A stretch of 64,000 bases of DNA, taken from a virus. The notes below the pieces were generated by a model. That model saw only the letters and a list, made by a program, of their open reading frames with translations. It had not been told where the DNA came from and ran no database searches. Both the position numbers and the translations under genes were made by a program. Below are positions 57,366 to 64,000 of this stretch, one piece after another (positions within the stretch are counted from its first letter, which is position 1; every line of letters starts with the position of its first letter). The DNA lies in the IMG/VR virus record IMGVR_UViG_3300047546_001437, positions 1-64,000 of that record. One strand, written 5' to 3'.

Positions 57366-57809
57366 ATGGCAAAATTACCTTTACCAGAAAGAGGGCAGCC
57401 ACTAGATGTTGCCTATATATATGAACTTGCAAATGCATTAAACGATGTTGCATCTCAAGTTTCCTACTCTACAAATAAGTATGTTTCTGTAGATGCACCA
57501 GGCGTTGGAAGGCAGAACGTAAAAGCATCTGAAGCAAGAATAATTGGTGGATACGTAGATGTTGTAATTAGTTCTACAAGAACAAAGGGACAGGAGTCAC
57601 CATTCTCATATGACTTTCCAACCGATTTTAAGTATACCCCAATAGTTACAGCAACTCCTATAAATGTGGGAGCAACGGATGCTGGAAAAGATGTCACGGT
57701 AGTACTAAAGAGTATTACAACTTCTAAAGTTGAGGGCGTTATAAGATTTAACAATACGGGTGATGTATCTGTTGCGGTCAATCTTATAATTGTTGGTATA
57801 CCTAATTAA
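57366..57809 (+). CDS. tail-associated protein (H-type lectin-like C-terminus)
   Basis: F..DFKYTPIVTAT; ends LIIVG. Confidence 0.6.
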   Translation: MAKLPLPERGQPLDVAYIYELANALNDVASQVSYSTNKYVSVDAPGVGRQNVKASEARIIGGYVDVVISSTRTKGQESPFSYDFPTDFKYTPIVTATPINVGATDAGKDVTVVLKSITTSKVEGVIRFNNTGDVSVAVNLIIVGIPN

Positions 57810-58000
57810 TGATTGTATGTCAAAAATGCAAAAAAAGAATGTTTGTAGATAGGCAATACAGCAAGATAGACCATCTTGAGGTATACTGTTTGTATTGTGG
57901 ATCACGAAGATTTTTTCATCCACCTAGTCAATCCTTGGAGGGGCAATGGCTACTAGAAAAGGAAAAGTCTCTAGCGAAGAGTACAATAGCGCCCCTGTAA
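57809..58000 (+). CDS. zinc-ribbon protein
   Basis: CQKCKKRMF...CLYCG. Confidence 0.7.
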   Translation: MIVCQKCKKRMFVDRQYSKIDHLEVYCLYCGSRRFFHPPSQSLEGQWLLEKEKSLAKSTIAPL

Positions 58001-58488
58001 TACCTGGAAATAAAAAAGTTTGGTTTTTAAATAAAGATTTAGTTAGGGTGCACCATATAAATAGATCTAATGGGATTATGTCTATTTATAATATAACACA
58101 AGATAGACTGGAAAGTTGTTTGATAAGTGATTTTAAAAAACATCGTGAAAGAGCATATACAGTTGGAGAAACAGCAGATCTTGTTAATAGGCATAAAAAA
58201 TATATGCCATCTTTAATGAAGCGTGGGATTATTCCATTTCCAACTGGATCACAAAAGGGTGGTGCACGAGGGTGGCAGGTGAGATCATATTACTCAGAAT
58301 CTCAAATTTTTGAAATTAGAGATATTCTTGCTACATACCATATAGGTAGACCTAGAAAAGATAAATTAGTTACAAATGATATTACGCCTAGTAAAGCAGA
58401 GTTGACACGAAGAATGGGCGGTGGTATAATTACTTATACGAGAACGGAAGATGGAAGATTTATACCAGTTTGGTCAGAAAGTATATAA
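57946..58488 (+). CDS. MerR-like HTH DNA-binding protein
   Basis: YTVGETADLVNRH...GIIP...R.YYSESQI. Confidence 0.7.
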   Translation: MATRKGKVSSEEYNSAPVIPGNKKVWFLNKDLVRVHHINRSNGIMSIYNITQDRLESCLISDFKKHRERAYTVGETADLVNRHKKYMPSLMKRGIIPFPTGSQKGGARGWQVRSYYSESQIFEIRDILATYHIGRPRKDKLVTNDITPSKAELTRRMGGGIITYTRTEDGRFIPVWSESI

Positions 58489-58549
58489 TTAAATTTAGTG
58501 GCTTGACATGTATCAAAGAGTTTGATACCATAGATATAACGGAGGAACA

Positions 58550-58762
58550 ATGACAGAAAACGATTCTACAAAAGTAAATGTAACACTTGGATATACACTT
58601 AATCTTGGTAATTTTCAGTCTTTAAGGCTGGATCTTGGAATTATTGATTCAAAGCGTGATGGAGAAAATATTGATCAGGCTTTTGAAAGAGTATATAAAT
58701 TTGTTGAAGACAAATTAACAGAAAAAATCGCAGAAGCAAAGTCTGAGTTAGACGAACAGTAA
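58550..58762 (+). CDS. conserved phage hypothetical protein (NLGNFQS motif)
   Basis: GGAGG SD; TTGACA promoter at 58503. Confidence 0.8.
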   Translation: MTENDSTKVNVTLGYTLNLGNFQSLRLDLGIIDSKRDGENIDQAFERVYKFVEDKLTEKIAEAKSELDEQ

Positions 58763-59070
58763 TGGCAGAACGCAAAGACCGAATGGCTTTGCTTAGTCGT
58801 TATAGCAAGTTACATACTCAGCGATATGAGCAGAAGCCTTCTCTCAATCTTAATGTAGAGCAATGGGCTGCCGATGCACTCATAGAATCATATGGTATTG
58901 CTGCTTGCTATGATTTACTGGCATATTATTTTGAAGTAGCATCTTCTCCTTCTTGGAAGTACTTTGTAAATTATGCTGATGATATAATTGAAAAAAAGGA
59001 ACAATTGATACAAGATAAAAAAGAAAGAGAGCAGAGAAGGGCTATGGCGAGGAAGTGGTTAAGTGAATAA
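58762..59070 (+). CDS. hypothetical protein preceding the helicase
   Basis: ORF track. Confidence 0.75.
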   Translation: MAERKDRMALLSRYSKLHTQRYEQKPSLNLNVEQWAADALIESYGIAACYDLLAYYFEVASSPSWKYFVNYADDIIEKKEQLIQDKKEREQRRAMARKWLSE

Positions 59071-60280
59071 TACAGAGGCAAAACTAATTTCCGCAGTCCT
59101 TAATGATAAGCAAATACATGTATTATTACAGGCAAATGTAGAAAACTTGCTAAGAACTCATAATGATATTTGGCAATTTATTAGAAGATATTCAGAAGCA
59201 AACGGTTCTGTTCCACCAGAAAGTTTAGTTGTAGAAAAGTTTAGAGACTTTGTTCCAGTCAAGGGTGTTGGCGCAACAAAGCACCACCTTGATGAATTAC
59301 AAACAGAATACTTGAATGATAGTCTAAAAGATATTTTAAGATCTACTGCATCAGAGGTACAAAGTGGTTTGGGTGTAGAGGCGCTAGAATCATTAATTAC
59401 AAAAACATCAGAGTTAAAAAAGAATACTGCAGCAATTAGAGACATTGATGTAACTGATTTAGATTCTGCAATTGGATATTTTGAAAATGTAAAGAAACAG
59501 CAAGAGTTGGGTGCTGTAGGAATTAAGACTGGTCTCCCAGGGTTTGACAACTATCTGCCTGCAGGAATTATGCCAGGTCAACTTGGAGTATTCTTAGCAT
59601 ATCCTGGAATTGGAAAGTCTTGGCTATCTTTATATTTTGCTGTTCAGGCTTGGAAACAAGGCAGAAGCCCTCTTGTAATTTCCTTAGAAATGTCTGAAAC
59701 AGAGGTTAGAAATCGTGTCTTTGCCATTATGGGAGAGGGACTGTGGTCTCATAGAAAGTTAAGTTCTGGACAGGTTGAGATTGACATGTTAAAACAATGG
59801 CATGCCAAAAACCTAGCAGGCAAGCCTGAGTTCCATATTATTTCTAATGATAACGGTGGAGAAATTACACCATCAGTTCTTCGTGGAAAGATAGATCAGT
59901 ATAAGCCAGACTTTGTAATTGTGGATTATCTGCAATTAATGAGTCCTAATCAAAAGTCAGATAACGAGACGGTACGAATGAAGAATCTTTCAAGAGAATT
60001 AAAGTTAATGGCTATTGCAGAAGAGGTTCCAATTATTGCTATTTCTTCTGCTACTCCAGATGACGTTACTAAGTTAGATACCGTGCCAACACTTGGTCAA
60101 ACTGCTTGGTCTCGCCAGATTGCATATGATGCAGACTGGGTATTGGCTCTTGGTCGTGGTCCAAATAGTGATATTATTGAATGCGTATTTCGTAAAAATC
60201 GTAACGGTTTTATGGGAGAGTTTTTAGTACAGGCTGATTTTGACAAAGGATACTATAGATACAAGGACTATGAAAATTAA
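59063..60280 (+). CDS. dnaB: replicative DNA helicase
   Basis: Walker A AYPGIGKS, SLEMS, VDYLQLM, SRELK, YDAD, KNRNG. Confidence 0.93.
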   Translation: MNNTEAKLISAVLNDKQIHVLLQANVENLLRTHNDIWQFIRRYSEANGSVPPESLVVEKFRDFVPVKGVGATKHHLDELQTEYLNDSLKDILRSTASEVQSGLGVEALESLITKTSELKKNTAAIRDIDVTDLDSAIGYFENVKKQQELGAVGIKTGLPGFDNYLPAGIMPGQLGVFLAYPGIGKSWLSLYFAVQAWKQGRSPLVISLEMSETEVRNRVFAIMGEGLWSHRKLSSGQVEIDMLKQWHAKNLAGKPEFHIISNDNGGEITPSVLRGKIDQYKPDFVIVDYLQLMSPNQKSDNETVRMKNLSRELKLMAIAEEVPIIAISSATPDDVTKLDTVPTLGQTAWSRQIAYDADWVLALGRGPNSDIIECVFRKNRNGFMGEFLVQADFDKGYYRYKDYEN

Positions 60281-60303
60281 TATAATTCATTATAATATAC
60301 AGT

Positions 60304-60630
60304 ATGGCAAATTTTCACCACAAGCCCATAAAGAAGTTTGGTTTAGATGGAGTAATCCATGATGAATCTGCTATTGGCAGGCTTAAGGGTGAATATATCA
60401 GACTTATCGTATCTGAAATGCGATTATCTGGATATGTTCCAAGATTTGACATCGAGCCAGACTTTACTATAGACTATAATGAGAAAAAGAAATACTTTGA
60501 ATTTGAATTAACAGTACATGGAGTATACACAGGAAGAAAACAGAGCGAATGGATACTAGGAATAGACGAAACCAAACCGATATATATACAAAAGAGCAAA
60601 TCAAGCGAGTACTCTCAGGTTCAGGAATAA
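60304..60630 (+). CDS. hypothetical protein
   Basis: ORF track. Confidence 0.7.
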   Translation: MANFHHKPIKKFGLDGVIHDESAIGRLKGEYIRLIVSEMRLSGYVPRFDIEPDFTIDYNEKKKYFEFELTVHGVYTGRKQSEWILGIDETKPIYIQKSKSSEYSQVQE

Positions 60631-61493
60631 CTGTAGAGTCAGAGGTAGACTCTGATTATATTATTTTTTGTCCATTTCACTCAAACTCAAGAACCCCTGC
60701 TGGAGAAGTTGATAAGCGTACAGGTAAGTTTTTTTGTTTCTCTTGCCAACACGTTGCTGATTTAACAGAACTAGTTATGCATACCTCAAGCAGGACTTAC
60801 TTTGAAGCAATTAGGTTTATTAAAAGTAAGCAGACAGAGACAAACTTAGAAAAAGAAGTTAACCAGGCTCTATTTGTAAAACCAGACTTTATCCAATTTG
60901 ATGAATCTCTTCTTGCAAGGTTGCATGGCACACTAATGAGCGTAGAAAGAGCAAGACAATATTTCTTATCTAGAAAAATAGTAGAGTCTTCATGGGTAAA
61001 ATTTTCATTGGGGTATTCAGAAAAACAGGATATGGTTACTGTTCCAGTACACAGTCCAGATGGTATGCCTATAGGATTTGTTGGAAGATCTATAGAAGGT
61101 AAAGAGTTTAAGAATACTCCAGGATTACCTAAATCAAAGACATTGTTTAATTTAAATAGAGTTAAAACTGCAGACAGGGTTTATGTTGTAGAATCTTCAT
61201 TTGATGCTATAAGATTAGATCAGGTTGGATTTCCAGCAGTTGCAACATTAGGTGCTAATGTATCAAATGCACAAGTAGAATTGCTTCAAAAGTATTTTAA
61301 TAATATAATTATTATTGCTGATAACGATGAAGCAGGCGGTAACATGAAAGAGAGAATCTTAGAAAGATTAGGCTCACGTGTTAGCGTAATACAATTAGAT
61401 AATCAGTATAAGGATATAGGCGATATGACAGATGATGCAATTAAAAATTTAGAGTATCAGTTTGACAAATCAATACTATCTATGCTAAACTAG
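60549..61493 (+). CDS. dnaG: DNA primase
   Basis: CPFH...CFSC zinc finger; TOPRIM VVESSFDA, DNDEAG. Confidence 0.92.
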   Translation: MDTRNRRNQTDIYTKEQIKRVLSGSGITVESEVDSDYIIFCPFHSNSRTPAGEVDKRTGKFFCFSCQHVADLTELVMHTSSRTYFEAIRFIKSKQTETNLEKEVNQALFVKPDFIQFDESLLARLHGTLMSVERARQYFLSRKIVESSWVKFSLGYSEKQDMVTVPVHSPDGMPIGFVGRSIEGKEFKNTPGLPKSKTLFNLNRVKTADRVYVVESSFDAIRLDQVGFPAVATLGANVSNAQVELLQKYFNNIIIIADNDEAGGNMKERILERLGSRVSVIQLDNQYKDIGDMTDDAIKNLEYQFDKSILSMLN

Positions 61494-61516
61494 ACAATAC
61501 ACAAAGGAGAAAAACT

Positions 61517-62170
61517 ATGAGCGTAATTAAGGGACTAAAAGATATAAACGCCCTGCTCGAAAAACCAAAATATGATGGAAACGCACAAAAGGTTCGTTGG
61601 TTGAAGTTGGCTGACGGACAATCCGCAAAGATTCGATTTGTGGAAGAATTGGATCCAGATTCAGCAAACTATGATGAATCTCGTGGTCTATCTGTTGTTG
61701 TAGCAGAACATACAAATCCAAAGGACTATAAGCGTAAAGCAGCATGTACTCAGGAAACAGAGGGTCGTTGCTTCGGTTGCGAAATGGCACGTAAAGAGCC
61801 AAAAAGCGGTTGGAGAGCACGTCTTCGTTTTTACTGCAACGTTCTTGCAGATGATGGGTTAGAAGATCCATATATTGCTGTTTGGTCACAAGGCATTAGC
61901 AAGCAATCAGCATTCAACACTATTCGTGAGTATGCACTTGAAACAGGAAGCATCTCAAATCTAGAGTGGAAGTTAAAGCGTAATGGACAGGGAACTGAAA
62001 CCAATTACACACTCCTTCCAACAAAACCAGACTCTGAGCCATTTAAGTGGGAAGGTAAAGAGTATTTCAACCTAGAAAAGGTTGTTCGTGAAGTTCCTTA
62101 TCCAGAGCAAGAAGCATTTTACTTTGGGTTTGACACTCCATCAGTTACCTCAACAAACATTGACTGGTAA
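61517..62170 (+). CDS. putative single-stranded DNA-binding protein (gp32-like)
   Basis: H...C...CxxC zinc site, KRNGQGTETNY; lies between primase and polymerase. Confidence 0.7.
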   Translation: MSVIKGLKDINALLEKPKYDGNAQKVRWLKLADGQSAKIRFVEELDPDSANYDESRGLSVVVAEHTNPKDYKRKAACTQETEGRCFGCEMARKEPKSGWRARLRFYCNVLADDGLEDPYIAVWSQGISKQSAFNTIREYALETGSISNLEWKLKRNGQGTETNYTLLPTKPDSEPFKWEGKEYFNLEKVVREVPYPEQEAFYFGFDTPSVTSTNIDW

Positions 62171-62173
62171 TTG

Positions 62174-64000
62174 ATGCAATACGTAGGCTTACACGTTCAT
62201 ACCCATTACTCGCTGTTTGACGGAATCGCTACTCCACAAGAGTATGTAGATCGTGCAGTGAGTTTGGGTATGCCAGCAATAGCGATTACAGACCATGGCT
62301 CCCTTTCTGGCCATAGAGAGATGTATCGTGCTGCTAAAGAAAAAGGTGTTAAGCCTATACTTGGCATAGAAGGATATATGTGCGATGATCGATTTGATCG
62401 TAGAGACAAAGAAGATCGCAAAGAGCCATTAGATATGGTTTATAACCACATTATCCTTCTTGCCAAGAATCAAAAAGGTTTAGAAAATCTAAATAAGTTA
62501 AATGAAATTGCTTGGACTGAAGGCTATTATAAAAAACCAAGAATTGATTTTGAAGTTTTAGAGAAGTATTCTGAAGGAATCATTGTTTCTTCTGCATGCC
62601 CAAGTGGAATTATTGCTAAGTCAATTGAACTTGGAGAACTGGCAATAGCAAAAAAGCATATTGAATGGTTTAAGAAAGTTTTTAAAGATGATTACTACAT
62701 AGAAGTTATGCCACATAACTCTCCAGAAATAAATAAAGTTTTATTAGAATTGGCAGATCAATATAAGATTAAGGCAATTGCAACACCAGACTGCCACCAT
62801 GTAGATCCATCTCAAAAAGAGATTCAAGAATTTAAATTAATTTTAAATACCTATAGCAATAAAACACAAAAAGATGCGACTTATGAAAAATCTAAAAAGT
62901 ATAAAGACATGATGTCTAGACTAGATTATTTATATGGAGCCGATAGGCAAATGTCGTTTAATAAGTTTGAAATACATCTTTTGTCGTATGAAGAAATCAA
63001 GTCTGCCATGCAGAAGCAGGGTATTGATAGAGAAGATATTTATCAAAACACCATTGACCTTGCAAATAAGGTAGAAGACTACGATATTCGTGATGGATTA
63101 AATTTACTACCAGTACAATATAAAAACCCAGACAAAGAATTAGAAGATTTAGCAATTGCTGGACTAAAAGAAAAAGGTCTAGATGTTGATGAAAGATATA
63201 TAGAAAGAATTCAAGAAGAATTATCTATAATTAAAGATAAAAAGTTTGCACCATACTTTCTTGTAGTTAGAAGCATGATTGCTTGGGCTAAAAAGGAAGG
63301 CATCATGGTTGGTCCTGGTCGTGGATCGTCTGCTGGCTCACTTCTTTGCTACACACTTGGAATTACCGACATTGATCCAATTAAGCACGGCCTACTCTTT
63401 TTCCGTTTTATTAATCCAGAACGTAATGACTTTCCAGATATTGATACAGATATTCAAGATTCACGTCGTGAAGAGGTAAAAGATTATTTAGTTAGACAGT
63501 ATAGGCATGTTGCTTCTATTGCAACATTTTTATCATTTAAAGATAAGGGTGTTGTAAGAGATATTTCTCGAGTATTAAATATACCATTACCAGATGTTAA
63601 CAAGGTATTAAAACTTGTAGATGGATGGGATGATTTTTGTACATCAAAAACAACAGAATGGTTTAGAGAAAAATATCCAGAAGTAGAAATTTATGGAGAA
63701 ATGATTCGTGGCAGAATTCGTGGAACTGGTATTCATGCTGCTGGTGTTGTAACAAGTAAAGAGCCTATCTTTAAGTATGCTCCAATGGAAACAAGAAATT
63801 CTCCAGGAAGCGATGAAAGAATTCCTGTTGTTGCAGTCGACATGGAAGAAGCAGAAAAAATTGGTTTAATTAAAATTGATGCTCTAGGATTAAAGACACT
63901 ATCAGTATTAAAAGATACTTTAGATATTATAGAATCTAGAGAGGGCAAGAAAATTGACCTATTGTCTATAGACATGGATGACAAAAATGTATACCAGATG
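62174..64000 (+). CDS. dnaE: DNA polymerase III alpha subunit, truncated by the window end
   Basis: Hand-read LHVHTHYSLFDG, AITDHG, GPGRGSSAGS, FPDIDTD, GIHAAGVV, KIDALGL; absent from the ORF track because no stop falls in the window. Confidence 0.95.
   Translation, partial: MQYVGLHVHTHYSLFDGIATPQEYVDRAVSLGMPAIAITDHGSLSGHREMYRAAKEKGVKPILGIEGYMCDDRFDRRDKEDRKEPLDMVYNHIILLAKNQKGLENLNKLNEIAWTEGYYKKPRIDFEVLEKYSEGIIVSSACPSGIIAKSIELGELAIAKKHIEWFKKVFKDDYYIEVMPHNSPEINKVLLELADQYKIKAIATPDCHHVDPSQKEIQEFKLILNTYSNKTQKDATYEKSKKYKDMMSRLDYLYGADRQMSFNKFEIHLLSYEEIKSAMQKQGIDREDIYQNTIDLANKVEDYDIRDGLNLLPVQYKNPDKELEDLAIAGLKEKGLDVDERYIERIQEELSIIKDKKFAPYFLVVRSMIAWAKKEGIMVGPGRGSSAGSLLCYTLGITDIDPIKHGLLFFRFINPERNDFPDIDTDIQDSRREEVKDYLVRQYRHVASIATFLSFKDKGVVRDISRVLNIPLPDVNKVLKLVDGWDDFCTSKTTEWFREKYPEVEIYGEMIRGRIRGTGIHAAGVVTSKEPIFKYAPMETRNSPGSDERIPVVAVDMEEAEKIGLIKIDALGLKTLSVLKDTLDIIESREGKKIDLLSIDMDDKNVYQM

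Noticed and set aside
63279-63984. Short ORFs in the last 2 kb (62206, 63279, 63733)
   Set aside because: Lie inside the dnaE reading frame that runs off the window
26691-64000. Inteins or introns in nrdJ, dnaB or dnaE
   Set aside because: Conserved motifs are contiguous and lengths are normal in the visible portions
1-64000. tRNA, integrase, terminase and alternative genetic code
   Set aside because: None recognised by eye; genes are full length under the standard code; terminase is presumably outside the window

Overview
64 kb of an AT-rich tailed dsDNA phage with a siphovirus-like head/tail module. The host is most likely an Actinobacterium, inferred from Gram-positive-type SOS boxes, apparently leaderless extended -10 promoters, DnaE, class II RNR and an SLT/Rpf-like lysozyme. 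Layout: (1) 1-4.9 kb, divergent cassettes of small early genes whose intergenic DNA is tiled with sigma-70-type promoters and host-regulator-like boxes (CRP, LexA, DnaA, WhiA-like GACAC, MprA-like). (2) 5-7 kb, HIT hydrolase, small genes, an AT-only tract and a promoter-driven hairpin. (3) 7-26.6 kb, fibre/adaptor genes containing two parallel 'low-complexity repeat protein + adjacent modifying enzymes' cassettes: a Thr-rich mucin-like protein with a GT60 GlcNAc transferase, and an F-x-H repeat protein with a Hint-like domain followed by an oxygenase, unknown paralogs and a ferredoxin. (4) nrdJ. (5) 28.7-57.8 kb, portal, protease/scaffold, capsid, neck, tail tube, duplicated tail chaperones, tape measure and tail tip. 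(6) 58-64 kb, DnaB, primase, SSB and a partial DnaE. No terminase, integrase, tRNA or CRISPR was seen. All annotations come from motif recognition by eye; no database searches were run.
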